A model generated the notes under the pieces. The model searched no databases. It was not told the origin of the DNA and saw only the letters and a program-made list of their open reading frames with translations. Both the position numbers and the translations under genes were made by a program. Shown here one piece after another: positions 10,267 through 20,878 of a stretch of DNA of 64,000 nucleotides. Source of the DNA: Chloroflexota bacterium (lineage in GTDB: Bacteria; Chloroflexota; UBA11872). How positions within the stretch are numbered: position 1 is the stretch's first letter; the number at the start of each line of letters is the position of its first letter. Where the stretch lies: assembly GCA_022821905.1 (NCBI GenBank), contig JAJECS010000015.1, forward strand, positions 4,867-68,866, in the 5' to 3' direction.

Positions 10267-10983
10267 GTGTGCGCGAGATATAGCCGCCACTCGGACCCAC
10301 AAGTCCTCGCGGACTTCTTCAAGTCCGCGCCGCTCGAGCCGGCTGTCGCGCCGCCGCCGAACTTCAACGTTGCGCCCACCCAGCAATCGCTGGTGGTGCT
10401 GGACGACCCTCGGCGCCTGGAAGTCATGCGCTGGGGGCTGATTCCCGCCTGGGCCAAGGACGCCAGGTTTGGCGCGCGCACCATCAATGCGCGCGCCGAG
10501 ACCGTGGCCGACAAGCCAGCCTTCCGGGCCGCGTTTCGCACGCGTCGCTGCCTGGTGCCGGCTGACGGTTTCTACGAGTGGACCGGGCCACGCAAGAAGC
10601 GTCAGCCGCTCTACATTCACCGCACCGACGGCCAGCCACTGGCATTGGCCGGTTTGTGGGAATGGCACGGCGAGTTTGGTTGCACGTTCACGATCATCAC
10701 CACGACGCCGAGCGACTGGATGTCGGCTATCCACAGCCGCATGCCGGCGATCCTCGAGCCGAACGACTGGGACGCCTGGCTCTCAGCCGGCGATGACGAC
10801 CCGGGGTGGCAAGCGGCCCTCTTGCGGCCGGCGGCGGAGCACTTGCTAAGGCGGCATCCGGTCAGCCGCGACGTCAACGCCGTCGCGAACAGCGGACCTG
10901 ACCTGATCCAGCCTGTCGCCACACCGGATTCGCAGCCAGCACAAGTTTGGGATTCGCAGCCGCCCCTCTTCGGAGATCAATGA
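10267..10983 (+). CDS. SOS-response-associated peptidase (SRAP / YedK / HMCES family)
   Basis: GTG start placing Cys at position 2 (CARYS…), then …LEVMRWGLIPAWAKD…FYEW, a typical SRAP core. Confidence 0.75.
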   Translation: MCARYSRHSDPQVLADFFKSAPLEPAVAPPPNFNVAPTQQSLVVLDDPRRLEVMRWGLIPAWAKDARFGARTINARAETVADKPAFRAAFRTRRCLVPADGFYEWTGPRKKRQPLYIHRTDGQPLALAGLWEWHGEFGCTFTIITTTPSDWMSAIHSRMPAILEPNDWDAWLSAGDDDPGWQAALLRPAAEHLLRRHPVSRDVNAVANSGPDLIQPVATPDSQPAQVWDSQPPLFGDQ

Positions 10984-11052
10984 CTGCATTGACCGACCAC
11001 CGGGTCGAGGCAGCGACTTGGCAGGTGGGCTCGGTGAGGCGCCATTCAGGGC

Positions 11053-12249
11053 ATGAAGGCCAGGCAAATGCCTGACCTCCGGTCCGAGCTTGCCGAGCAG
11101 GGGTACGTGATCATCAGGCGGACGATTCCGCCTGAGCGACTGGACGGGCTCCGGGAAACTTTCGAGGTCCTGGTCGGGCGGCAATTTGACCGATGGCGGC
11201 GCGAACGTGACGCGGCCGGCCAGTGGCCGGACAGCTACTTTGCCCGTCAGCCGCGAGTCCTGATTCAACGCGTGGTCGACGCGTCAACCGCCGAGGCGGT
11301 GGAATTCTGCCTGGAGAAGGGCACGCTGGGTGTGAGCCGCCGGCTGATGCAGGCGCCGCACGCCGCGCCGACGCTAATGTCGCTGATGTGCAACCCCTCG
11401 GAGGACCACGGGCCGGACCGCTGGCACCGGGACATTCGACCGGCGGCGCTGGCCCCGCTTGCCGGGTTGCAGCACGACGCGCGAGCCAATGGCCCGGCTT
11501 ACGTGCAGTGGAACATTCCGCTCTACGACGACGCGGTGCTATGGGTGGTGCCCGGCAGTCACTGGCGCGTGAACACGGACGAGGAAAACCGAGTCCTTGG
11601 CCGGAACCCCTCGTTGCCCCTGCCTGGCGGCATCCCCGTGGAGCTGAACGCGGGCGATGCCGTGGTGTATCTCAACACGATGCTGCACTGGGGCAGCGAC
11701 TACAGCGCCAAGCTGCGCCGTACGATTCATCTCGGCTACCGGGCGTTTGGCGCGGCCATCTATCCGCACGCCCACGCGTTCAATTGGGACCTGGGCTTCA
11801 CGAGCCGACTTTCGGCCGACACGCGCCGCCAGTTTGAGTCATTCTTCGAGCTGCACGCCAAGGAACGGCGGGTGATCGAAGCGGCGCTTCGAGCGGCGCT
11901 CGAGCGGGACGCCGACGAATTCCAGCGTCAGCTAGCGATTCTTCATCCCGGCGCCGAGGGACGCATGGTGGCCCTGGTGCTGCTGTCCAAGCTCGTCCGG
12001 CGACTACCGCAGCTTGCCGAGACCGATGCCCCGGGATTCGAACTCCGAAAGGACATTGCCGACGCGTTCAGCGCCGGCGAGATCGAGTCGATTGGGTGCC
12101 GGTTCGCCGCACTCGATGCCGCGCTGCGCGCACCGGCCGACCACTTCGTGCCGGGCTTTCAGGACGGCCCGGCAGGCTATGCCTTCGAAAACATGCCAGC
12201 GGGATTTGGCGTCGACGAGTTCATCGGCAGCTGGAGCGTGTCAGCTTAG
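11053..12249 (+). CDS. Phytanoyl-CoA dioxygenase (PhyH) family Fe(II)/2-oxoglutarate oxygenase
   Basis: HxD (WHRDI) and distal His (HWGS) in PhyH-like spacing; start may be the internal ATG at 11068. Confidence 0.7.
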   Translation: MKARQMPDLRSELAEQGYVIIRRTIPPERLDGLRETFEVLVGRQFDRWRRERDAAGQWPDSYFARQPRVLIQRVVDASTAEAVEFCLEKGTLGVSRRLMQAPHAAPTLMSLMCNPSEDHGPDRWHRDIRPAALAPLAGLQHDARANGPAYVQWNIPLYDDAVLWVVPGSHWRVNTDEENRVLGRNPSLPLPGGIPVELNAGDAVVYLNTMLHWGSDYSAKLRRTIHLGYRAFGAAIYPHAHAFNWDLGFTSRLSADTRRQFESFFELHAKERRVIEAALRAALERDADEFQRQLAILHPGAEGRMVALVLLSKLVRRLPQLAETDAPGFELRKDIADAFSAGEIESIGCRFAALDAALRAPADHFVPGFQDGPAGYAFENMPAGFGVDEFIGSWSVSA

Positions 12250-12288
12250 CCGTTTGGTCCGGGCCCGATGTGCAGCGCCGGCGGTGCC

Positions 12289-13194
12289 CTACATGCCGGG
12301 GGCCGCGGCCTCGTCCTCGCCTTGCTGCGTAGCGAATAGGGATTGATAGCCGCCTGACCAGTCCGGCGGGATTTGGCACGGCCGTGGGTCGTGGTGGGCG
12401 TGGCGTGCGGGCTGGCCGCGCACGATGGCGCCGTAGAAACTCGACATAATCGGGTTGTACGTGTAGGTGAACGCATCGGCCGAGGAGTAGGCATAGAGCA
12501 ACAGCGGGCGCCCGGTGTCCGACTGGTTCGGCGGCGATCCGTGGACGGTGCGGCAGTTGTGGATGGTCAATGAGCCTGCCGGTCCGGTCATGTACTCGAC
12601 GTTCTCGAGGTCCAGGGAGGCCGCGTCGGCGTCGGACAGCGCGCCATTCCATGTTCCGTCGTCGTTATAGAGGTCGTAGAGCGGGCCATTCTGGCTGCCT
12701 GGAAGGCCACCCAGCGGTCCCTGATCCGGACCGCAGTCGTAGAGCAAGGTGCCAATCGTCGCCGGCGAGTAGTTCGTGTGCGGCCAGAACTGAATGTCCT
12801 GGTGCCACTTCACCTCTTCGCCGCCTTCCGCCCACTTGAAATTCAGCTTCGAGTGGTGAAACTTCACGTTGGGCCCGACAACGTCTGCCGCCACGTCCGC
12901 CACGATGGAGTCTGACGCGAACTCCCAATACGCGGGGTGCTGCTCGACGGGGCTTGTCAGGCGGCGCAGCCGTGGATTGTCCGCGGAGTGGTCGGGCTCG
13001 AGGTCCCACACGGCGTCGGACTCCGTGATGTCCCGACTCCGCTCGACGAACTCGTTGGTGACTTCGCGCAGTCGCTCGATCCACTCATCGGGCACGACGT
13101 TTTCGACGAGGACATAGCCCTTCTCGAAGTACGACTCGCGCTGAGCTTGGGTCAGCACGCGCGGCGGATGGGAGAGGATTTGCTCTGGCGTCAT
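12289..13194 (-). CDS. PhyH family Fe(II)/2OG oxygenase
   Basis: WHQDIQFWP (HxD) … HGSPPN; PhyH-like length and pattern. Confidence 0.7.
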   Translation of the reverse strand: MTPEQILSHPPRVLTQAQRESYFEKGYVLVENVVPDEWIERLREVTNEFVERSRDITESDAVWDLEPDHSADNPRLRRLTSPVEQHPAYWEFASDSIVADVAADVVGPNVKFHHSKLNFKWAEGGEEVKWHQDIQFWPHTNYSPATIGTLLYDCGPDQGPLGGLPGSQNGPLYDLYNDDGTWNGALSDADAASLDLENVEYMTGPAGSLTIHNCRTVHGSPPNQSDTGRPLLLYAYSSADAFTYTYNPIMSSFYGAIVRGQPARHAHHDPRPCQIPPDWSGGYQSLFATQQGEDEAAAPGM

Positions 13195-13339
13195 GGCGTA
13201 GTCTCCGAGGCGTTCACGGACCCGTCGCCATCAGCGTATCCGAGAATTGCCGGATTCGCTCACCGTGCTGGCGCCGGATGCATTCTGTGCGATCATCCCT
13301 TGCGCGTTCCGGCATTCAGCCGAATCGCCTGAAATCCGA

Positions 13340-13819
13340 ATGACAACGAACGGCTCAACGACCAGCGACATCACGCTCCAGCACGTCTCTTCGCAGCCCA
13401 CGCTTGTCGTGCGTTTCAACTTCGGTGGGCGCGACGTGGGCGAGTTGATGGGCCACGCCCTGGATGCGGTGCAGGAGTATCTGACACGAGCTCAGATGAG
13501 CCCCGTCGGCCCACCCTTCACGCGTTACCTGGCGATGACCGACGAGGTCAAGCGCGCCGAAACGGGATTCCCGGTGGAGTGGGCGATCGAAGGCGGTGAC
13601 CTGGTTGTGGCCAGTCAGCTTCCGGCTGGACGGGTGGCCCGCATGGTGCACACGGGGCCATACGACAACCTGATGGACGCGCACAACACGATGGTGGATT
13701 GGATTCGGGATCGCGGCCTCACGCCGGCGGGCGGTCCCATCGAGATCTACCTCAACGATCCCTTCGACGTGAAAGATCCGTCGGAGTATCAGACCGAGAT
13801 CATCTGGCCCATCGAGTAG
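13340..13819 (+). CDS. GyrI-like small-molecule-binding domain protein
   Basis: About 160 aa from ATG 13340; GyrI-like / AraC-effector-domain-like sequence; no DNA-binding domain. Confidence 0.55.
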   Translation: MTTNGSTTSDITLQHVSSQPTLVVRFNFGGRDVGELMGHALDAVQEYLTRAQMSPVGPPFTRYLAMTDEVKRAETGFPVEWAIEGGDLVVASQLPAGRVARMVHTGPYDNLMDAHNTMVDWIRDRGLTPAGGPIEIYLNDPFDVKDPSEYQTEIIWPIE

Positions 13820-13878
13820 CGCACGGCGCGTGAAGGCCTTCCGCCGCACGCTTCGCTGATGCCCGTGGGGCCGCGGCG

Positions 13879-14970
13879 CTAGACGGCGGGCACCACCACG
13901 GGTTCGACCTGGCCGGATTCGATTGAGCGATTCATGGCCAGCACCACGGCCAGAGTGCGCATGCCGTCGGCATACGTGCTCAGGATGCCCGACGTGTCGC
14001 CGGTGCGAACCGCATCGAGGAACGTGACCATCTCCTGGTAGTGCATGAAGTCAGGCGGCGCGTCGAGTGGCGCGTCGGGCTTTCGCGAGCCGTCGCGGCC
14101 CAAGCTTGCGGCACGGGGAAACGCATCGTGGACGACCGTTCCTTCACCCTTCGGATCGCCGATGGTGCCGAACACACCCGGTGTGTCTCCCGCGGGTTCC
14201 AGCGCCAGGTGGAAGTCCGGGCCATTGAGCTCGAACTTCGTGTACCCCCACGGCGTCGCCCACGAATGCACATGGTGGCCCACCGCGCCGGATTCGAACT
14301 GGATCGTACTGACTGCGGTGTCTTCGATCGTAAAGCCAGGACCCTTGGGACGCGCCACATTGCTGCCGAACGCGTGGACACTCGTGATCTCACCGACGAA
14401 ATAGCGCATGAGGTCGACGTAGTGGATGGCTTGGTCGAGCAAGGGGCCGCCAGAGCGGGCTTTCTCAAAAAACCACGGGCGGAACCCGCCCGTGAGTGCC
14501 GGGGCGCTGAGATAGGTGCACAACGCAAGGTTTATCGTCCGTCCGGCAATCAGCTCGCGCATACGCTGGACCGGCGGCAGATAGCGCATATTGAACCCGG
14601 CCATGCACAGGATGCCGCTGTCGCGCACGATGCGGGCCACGGCCTGCGCGTGCTCGAGCGAGTCCGCCGGCGGCTTCTCACAGAACACGGCCACGTCGCG
14701 TTCCGCCGCGCGCTCGAACACTTGACGTCGAATGCCGGGCGGCACGCAGATGAGCACGGCGTCCAGCCCGGACTCGGCGTCGAACATGGCGTCGACCGAC
14801 GGATAGGTCTGGGCGCCGGCGCGGCTCGCCAGCTTGGAGGCCTGGGCATCGTCCGCGTCGCACACGGCGACGACGCGATTGCCGGGAATGAACTCCAGAT
14901 TTGAATAGTGGCGCGTGCCGATGCTGCCAGCGCCGATGATGGCGACTGCGAGTTCGTCGGATGGCGTCAT
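13879..14970 (-). CDS. Gfo/Idh/MocA family NAD(P)-dependent oxidoreductase
   Basis: N-terminal Rossmann AVAIIGAGSIGTRH, then the EKP motif (VFCEKPPA) and a GFNxRY-like block. Confidence 0.8.
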   Translation of the reverse strand: MTPSDELAVAIIGAGSIGTRHYSNLEFIPGNRVVAVCDADDAQASKLASRAGAQTYPSVDAMFDAESGLDAVLICVPPGIRRQVFERAAERDVAVFCEKPPADSLEHAQAVARIVRDSGILCMAGFNMRYLPPVQRMRELIAGRTINLALCTYLSAPALTGGFRPWFFEKARSGGPLLDQAIHYVDLMRYFVGEITSVHAFGSNVARPKGPGFTIEDTAVSTIQFESGAVGHHVHSWATPWGYTKFELNGPDFHLALEPAGDTPGVFGTIGDPKGEGTVVHDAFPRAASLGRDGSRKPDAPLDAPPDFMHYQEMVTFLDAVRTGDTSGILSTYADGMRTLAVVLAMNRSIESGQVEPVVVPAV

Positions 14971-14979
14971 GTTCTGCTC

Positions 14980-15828
14980 CTAACCACGCGGCACGCCGGC
15001 TTCGCGGAATGCGCCGTCCAAGGTTGCATAGGCGAATTCGGCGGCGGCCACCGGGAGGTAGGCCGGCTTGTTCCATACCATCCCACTCACTTCAAGGGTG
15101 ATGAAGTCGTCCCAGCCGGCCTCATGCATAGCCCGCACATACCCGACTGTGTCCAGCTCGCCTTGGCCGAGCAGCAGCAGATCAAGGCTGCCGTCGTCGT
15201 GGACGCGGGCGTCCGTGACGTGGGTGTGACCGGTGATCGGCACCAGCGCCGGCACCGCCTCTTCGGCCGTCTCGCCGGCGAGAAAGAAGTGCACCATGTC
15301 AAAGTGCAGTTTCACGCGGTCGTTGCCGATTTGATCGATCAGCCAGAGCGCCCGGCTCGTTCGATCGACGGCTGCGCCGGAGTGGGCCTCGATCGCGAGG
15401 CGGAACCCCTCACGCTCGGCGAGCTCGCCGTACTCCCGGCCCGCCGCGGCCAGCGAGTCGCGGATCTTGAGCCATTCGTAGTCCCTCCCGCCGATGCCAA
15501 ATGCCAGCACCGGCTCGCGGTCGGGAACGAAGTCTCGGACCATGCCATTGAGCTCGCGTGCGAATTCGAAGTTCTCCGCGTGCTTGCCATCCTCTGTCTC
15601 ATGCACGTGAAGGGCCGTGGCGAACGTGGCCGGCACGCCCATGTCGTGATCGGCGAGCAACGACCGTATGGCAGCGCGTCGGCTCGGCGTCATGGCGTCC
15701 GGCAGCGAACCGACGTGGCGCGGCCCAGTGCAGATTTCGACGCCGTCGTAGCCGATGTTCGCCAGGATCGGGATGGCGTCCTCAAGCGTGTGCTTCGGCA
15801 TGGCGTAGGTTCCGTAGGCGATCTTCAT
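14980..15828 (-). CDS. Sugar phosphate isomerase/epimerase (xylose isomerase-like TIM barrel)
   Basis: AP-endonuclease-2 / xylose-isomerase-like TIM barrel sequence; co-operonic with the ABC importer. Confidence 0.75.
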   Translation of the reverse strand: MKIAYGTYAMPKHTLEDAIPILANIGYDGVEICTGPRHVGSLPDAMTPSRRAAIRSLLADHDMGVPATFATALHVHETEDGKHAENFEFARELNGMVRDFVPDREPVLAFGIGGRDYEWLKIRDSLAAAGREYGELAEREGFRLAIEAHSGAAVDRTSRALWLIDQIGNDRVKLHFDMVHFFLAGETAEEAVPALVPITGHTHVTDARVHDDGSLDLLLLGQGELDTVGYVRAMHEAGWDDFITLEVSGMVWNKPAYLPVAAAEFAYATLDGAFREAGVPRG

Positions 15829-15940
15829 GCGCTAGAGCTCCATTTGACTGGGCAGGTGGCCCGGCGGCTGTCAACGCTTTCGAGACGAAGGTAGGGACGT
15901 TGGCAGGTAATCTTCCGGATTGACGGCGGCCGTGCTCGCA

Positions 15941-16378
15941 TCAGGACGACGAGTGGTTGTTGAGCGGCCGGCGCGCTGCGTCCACGAACTCGCGCCAGCC
16001 GCTGTCTTCCCACTCGCGTCGGCGCTCATTGATTCCCTCGATGAGGGTCTCGCGCGTGAATTCGTCGGCGACCAGGCGTGTGGATTCGATATAGCGCACG
16101 AGGCGGTCGAGCTCGCGGCCGACAGATGTACGGGCCAGATCCGTCGCAGCCTCGATTTCAACCCGCGCGTCAGGCGCTTGCCGCAGCTTTTCCGCGCGCT
16201 TGCGGTACTTCTCAATCCACGGGAGCGGCACTTCACCCTCGTTGACGATGAGCTCGGCGAAACGGTGCCGCTCTTCGATTTGGCTTGCCGCCCGCCGAAT
16301 CATCCACAGGGCCCATAGGACCACTCCCGTGCAAACAAGGGCAATGAGCAAGGTAAGCGGGATTATCAGCTGAAGCAT
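15941..16378 (-). CDS. Hypothetical membrane-anchored, highly charged helical protein
   Basis: N-terminal TM (LQLIIPLTLLIALVCTGVVLWALWMI), then a charged helical region; protein-like composition; lies between the ABC ATPase and the isomerase in the same operon. Confidence 0.5.
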   Translation of the reverse strand: MLQLIIPLTLLIALVCTGVVLWALWMIRRAASQIEERHRFAELIVNEGEVPLPWIEKYRKRAEKLRQAPDARVEIEAATDLARTSVGRELDRLVRYIESTRLVADEFTRETLIEGINERRREWEDSGWREFVDAARRPLNNHSSS

Positions 16379-16452
16379 TGATGCCGACTAAGCCTGCCGC
16401 CTGCCTACTACCCCCTGCCGACCCTGCGTGCCGGGTGGCCGGGCAGGCAGAC

Positions 16453-17529
16453 TCAAGCGGTTACGCCGTGAAGATCAAGCTCCTCGGCAAAGTGGCAGGC
16501 GGCTTCGTGCCCTTCGCCAACCACGCGCAATTCCGGAGTTTCCTCGCGGCAGCGGTCCTGGGCATAGCGGCAGCGCGGGTGGAAATAGCATCCGCTCGGC
16601 GGGTCCGCCGGGTCGGCGACCTCGCCCTCGAGCGTGATCTCCTCGAGCTTCCGCTTGGGGTCGGGCAACGGCACCGCGGACATCAGAGCCTCGGTGTACG
16701 GGTGCTTCGGGTTGCTGAAGAGCTCCTCGGTTGAAGCGTGCTCAACGACCTTGCCGACGTACATCACCGCCACTTCGTCGGAGATGTGCTCGACGACGCT
16801 CAGGTCGTGCGCGATGAACAGGTAGGCGATGCCGAACTCTTCCTGCAACTCTTCCAACAGGTTGATGATCTGCGCCTGCACCGAGACGTCGAGCGCCGAG
16901 ACGGCTTCGTCGCAGATGATGACCTTCGGGTTCAAGGCCAGGGCGCGAGCAATGCCGATGCGCTGGCGTTGTCCGCCACTGAACGCGTGCGGGTATCGCT
17001 TGAGATAGCGAATGTCCAGGCCCACAACCTCAAGCAACTCGCTCACGCGAGTCTCGAGCTCTCGCCCGCGCGCCACGTTGTGAATCCGCAGCGGCTCGCC
17101 GACGATGTCCAGCACTGTCTTGCGAGGGTCGAGGCTGGAATACGGGTCCTGGAACACCATTTGCAGGTTGCGCCGGTATTCGCGCAACTCGCGGGAGCCA
17201 AGCTCCGTCAGCTCAGTATCTTCGTTGTCGACGTGCATACGCACGCTGCCGTCGGTGGGCTCGATCGCGCGCACGACGCAGCGGCCAAGGGTAGTCTTTC
17301 CGCACCCCGATTCGCCCACGAGCCCGAGGGTCTTGCCTTCGGCGATCGACAGGCTGACGTCGTCAACCGCTCGCACGTAACCAACGACCCGCCGAAGCAA
17401 ACCCTTCTCGATGGGGAAGTATTTCTTGAGTCCCTCGATCTCGAGAATGGTGTTGCCGGCCTGCCCGTTGGCTGCCTCGACAGTCTCGGGTTGGGGCGCG
17501 TCGTCTTGCATGCCTTGCTCGCTACTCAT
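16453..17529 (-). CDS. ABC transporter ATP-binding protein (OppF/DppF-like)
   Basis: Walker [13 protein letters not shown] signature and Walker B; C-terminal oligopeptide-ABC extension. Confidence 0.85.
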   Translation of the reverse strand: MSSEQGMQDDAPQPETVEAANGQAGNTILEIEGLKKYFPIEKGLLRRVVGYVRAVDDVSLSIAEGKTLGLVGESGCGKTTLGRCVVRAIEPTDGSVRMHVDNEDTELTELGSRELREYRRNLQMVFQDPYSSLDPRKTVLDIVGEPLRIHNVARGRELETRVSELLEVVGLDIRYLKRYPHAFSGGQRQRIGIARALALNPKVIICDEAVSALDVSVQAQIINLLEELQEEFGIAYLFIAHDLSVVEHISDEVAVMYVGKVVEHASTEELFSNPKHPYTEALMSAVPLPDPKRKLEEITLEGEVADPADPPSGCYFHPRCRYAQDRCREETPELRVVGEGHEAACHFAEELDLHGVTA

Positions 17530-18559
17530 AGAGCACACACCGTACGTGGTGGCCCGGCGACGTTTCGATCATCTTCGGCACGTCGGCGTCGCATCGGCCG
17601 GGGATGAACTTTGGACAGCGAGACGAGAAGCCGCACTCGGCCGGCGGATTGAGTGGCACGGGCACGGTACCGGCGATCGAGGTGAGGCGTTCGCCTCGCG
17701 TCAAACCGATCCGCGGAATCGATTGCATGAGCGCCTGGGTGTACGGGTGCTGGGGCTCACCGAAGATGGCTTCGACCGAGCCCTGCTCGACCACCCGGCC
17801 GAGGTACATGACGACCATTTGATCGGCCATGTTCGCAATCACGCCCAGGTTGTGCGTGATGAACATGATCGACATGCCCATTTCCTTTTGCAGGTCCTGC
17901 ATCAGCCGCAGAATCTGGGCCTGGATCGTCACGTCCAGAGCGGTCGTGGGCTCGTCGGCGATGAGCAGCTTGGGCCGCAGCACCAGCGCCATGGCGATCA
18001 TGGCGCGCTGCCGCATTCCGCCGGACAGCTCGTGCGGCAGCGCGTCGACGCGTCGCTCGGCCTCCGGAATGCCCACCTGGCTCAAGACTTCAATGGCGCG
18101 CTCACGGGCGGCCTGCTTCGGAACGTTCTCATGCACCAGGATGGCTTCCATGATCTGGTTGCCAACGCTGTGCACCGGCGAGAACGCCGTCATCGGCTCC
18201 TGGAAGATCATCGCGATGTCTCGCCCGCGGACGTCGCGGATTTCCCGGCCGGACGGATGGAGCGACGCGAGATCAACGGTTTCGCCGTTTCGCCGCAGCC
18301 AAATGTTGCCCTGCGTGTCGCCTGGCTTCGGCACGATGCGGAGAATCGACTGGCCGGTGACGCTCTTGCCGCAGCCGGACTCGCCGACGATCCCGAGCGT
18401 TTCATTGCGCCGAATGTTGAAGGACACGCCGTCGACGGCCTTCAGCGTCCCCTCCTCCAGCTCGAAGTAGGTTCGGACGTCGTTCAACTCGAGAATGACG
18501 TCCTCGTCCGTGGGCGCCGTTGATTCGGGCGCGGCGACAGTTGCTTGTTCTTCTGTCAT
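17522..18559 (-). CDS. ABC transporter ATP-binding protein (OppD/DppD-like)
   Basis: Walker [17 protein letters not shown] signature; overlaps the downstream ATPase. Confidence 0.85.
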   Translation of the reverse strand: MTEEQATVAAPESTAPTDEDVILELNDVRTYFELEEGTLKAVDGVSFNIRRNETLGIVGESGCGKSVTGQSILRIVPKPGDTQGNIWLRRNGETVDLASLHPSGREIRDVRGRDIAMIFQEPMTAFSPVHSVGNQIMEAILVHENVPKQAARERAIEVLSQVGIPEAERRVDALPHELSGGMRQRAMIAMALVLRPKLLIADEPTTALDVTIQAQILRLMQDLQKEMGMSIMFITHNLGVIANMADQMVVMYLGRVVEQGSVEAIFGEPQHPYTQALMQSIPRIGLTRGERLTSIAGTVPVPLNPPAECGFSSRCPKFIPGRCDADVPKMIETSPGHHVRCVLYE

Positions 18560-18566
18560 GGCTTGC

Positions 18567-19706
18567 CTATCGATACGGGTCCGCGGCGTCCCGCAGACCG
18601 TCACCCAGGAAGTTGAAGAGCATCACGGCGATGATCACGAAGAGCCCCGGAATCATGAGCCAGGGGAAGACCGCGATCACGCTCACGTTTTGAGCGTCCT
18701 GCATGAGCGTGCCCCAGCTCACGGCGGGAGCGCGGATGCCCAGGCGCAGGAAGCTCAACGTCGTTTCGGCCAGGATCATGCTCGGCACCTGCAGTGTCAG
18801 GTGGACGATCAGGTAACTCATGAAGCCGGGCACGAGGTGGTCGAACAGCACGCGCATGTTGCCGGCGCCGGCCACTCGGGCCGCCATCACATAGTCGTTT
18901 TCGCGCAGCTCGAGGATCTTGCCGCGCACGACGCGCGCCAGGCCGGCCCAGCCGACCACCGAGAGCACGATGGTAATGGCGAAGTAGGTCTGCAACGGCG
19001 ACCAGGTGATGGGCACCGCGGCGCTCAGCGACATCCACAGCGGAATGGTGGGGACCGAGATCACGAACTCGATGAACCGCTGAATCAACAGGTCAACCGT
19101 GCCGCCGAAGTATCCGGAGATTCCTCCGATGATCACGCCCAGCACAAAGCTGAGGATCACACCAACCAGACCGATTGAGAGGCTGATGCGGGCCGCGGAA
19201 AGGGTGCGCGAGAACACATCGCGTCCCAGCTCATCGGTGCCGAAGAGGTGGATCGTGGCGCCCTCGACGCCGAAGAAATGCCGATCCCACTCGAAGAGGC
19301 CCCAGAACTTGTACGGAGCGCTCTGCGTGAAGAGGCCGATGGGATGAATCCGCTCCGGATCCTCAACAAAGGTTCGTTTGAACGACTGCGGATCGACGAT
19401 GGATTGCGTGCCATAGATGAAAGGCATCTGCCACGTGCCGCTCGCGTCGATCACATGAATGCGAGTCGGCGGCGAGGAAAGCTTGTCGTGCCGATCCGTG
19501 AAGTCGTAGGGGATCCAGAAGTCATAGGTGATGGCGAAGAAGTAGCCGAGGAGCAACAGAATGCCGCTGGCGTAGCCCAGGCGGTGGCGGCGGAACTTCC
19601 GCCACATGAGCTGCCACTGCGAAGCGACGTAATACTGCTCTTCTTCGGTGAACTCTCGGACTGATACGCCCGATCCTGTCGTCGGTTCGAGTGAAGTTGT
19701 AGCCAT
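18567..19706 (-). CDS. ABC transporter permease (OppC/DppC-like)
   Basis: Multi-TM BPD-transport permease; EAA-like loop. Confidence 0.8.
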   Translation of the reverse strand: MATTSLEPTTGSGVSVREFTEEEQYYVASQWQLMWRKFRRHRLGYASGILLLLGYFFAITYDFWIPYDFTDRHDKLSSPPTRIHVIDASGTWQMPFIYGTQSIVDPQSFKRTFVEDPERIHPIGLFTQSAPYKFWGLFEWDRHFFGVEGATIHLFGTDELGRDVFSRTLSAARISLSIGLVGVILSFVLGVIIGGISGYFGGTVDLLIQRFIEFVISVPTIPLWMSLSAAVPITWSPLQTYFAITIVLSVVGWAGLARVVRGKILELRENDYVMAARVAGAGNMRVLFDHLVPGFMSYLIVHLTLQVPSMILAETTLSFLRLGIRAPAVSWGTLMQDAQNVSVIAVFPWLMIPGLFVIIAVMLFNFLGDGLRDAADPYR

Positions 19707-19709
19707 GAG

Positions 19710-20720
19710 CTAGGCCGCCGCGGCGCGTTCTTGGCGAATCCGCGGATCCACCAGCGCCAATAGGATGTCGGAAAGGAACGTTCCGAAGATGACGAGCGCG
19801 CCTTCAACCATGACGATACTCCCGGCGAGGAACATGTCCTGAGCCCGGAGGGCCGTCAGCAAGACGGGTCCGGTCATCGGCAGACTGAGAACGATGGCGA
19901 CAATGGCGTTGCCGCCGAAGATGCCCGGCAGGATGTAGGCCGTGCTGCTCACGATCGGGTTGAGCGCCAGCCGCACCGGGTACTTGAACAGCAGCTTGCG
20001 CTCGGATACGCCGCGCGCACGGGCTGTGATCACGTATTGCTTGCCGAGCTCGTCGAGCAGCACCCCGCGCATCACCCGCATGGTCCCCGCCGTGCCGGCG
20101 GTGCCTAGCACCACGACGGGCACGATGAGGTGTTGCAACATGTCAATCACTTTTTCAATCGACCAGTCGGCAAGCGCGTATTCGGGCGAGAACAGCCCTC
20201 CAGCCGTGATGTCGAAGTATTTGAACAGCATGTACATCAAGAGCAATGCCAGCATGAAGTTTGGAACCGCCAACCCGATGAAGCCCACGGCGGTAAAGAA
20301 GTAGTCGCCGGGCCGATACTGATGGGTGGCGGAGTAAATGCCGATCGGGATGGCCACCGCAAAGGTGAATATGAGCGCCAATGTCGACAGAATGATCGTG
20401 AAGGGCAGAACCTCGGCGAGGATCTTGGTGACCGGCTGCTCGGCGGAGCGCCAGCTGCCGAATGACCGACCCAGGTCACCGACCACGAAACGTCCAGCCC
20501 AGTAGAAGTATTGCTCGATGGGCGTTCGGTCGAGGCCGTAATAGAGCTTGAGAGATTCAATCTCTTCGCGCTCGAGGAAGGTCCCGGCCTGCTCCTGGCC
20601 GGCGATGTAGTTGGTGAGGAAGTCGCCAGGCGGGAGCTGGATGACGATGAAAACGACCACGCTCAGCAGCCACCATCCGACGACCATGAATAGGAACCGT
20701 CGGACCAGATATGCCCTCAT
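19710..20720 (-). CDS. ABC transporter permease (OppB/DppB-like)
   Basis: Typical OppB N-terminus MRAYLVRRFLFMVV… and BPD permease pattern. Confidence 0.8.
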   Translation of the reverse strand: MRAYLVRRFLFMVVGWWLLSVVVFIVIQLPPGDFLTNYIAGQEQAGTFLEREEIESLKLYYGLDRTPIEQYFYWAGRFVVGDLGRSFGSWRSAEQPVTKILAEVLPFTIILSTLALIFTFAVAIPIGIYSATHQYRPGDYFFTAVGFIGLAVPNFMLALLLMYMLFKYFDITAGGLFSPEYALADWSIEKVIDMLQHLIVPVVVLGTAGTAGTMRVMRGVLLDELGKQYVITARARGVSERKLLFKYPVRLALNPIVSSTAYILPGIFGGNAIVAIVLSLPMTGPVLLTALRAQDMFLAGSIVMVEGALVIFGTFLSDILLALVDPRIRQERAAAA

Positions 20721-20878
20721 GCCTTGCGTCCCTCTCTGACGCCCAACCTCAACTCGCCAGCGTGGTCATCCGTCCGGTCAGGTCGTGGTGCCCGCTACCG
20801 TAGCGCAAACCCCACGACCGTTGCCACCGGGAGCCGCCGACCGGTTGGCCGGCGGCTCCCGGCGACCTTAGGTCGCGA

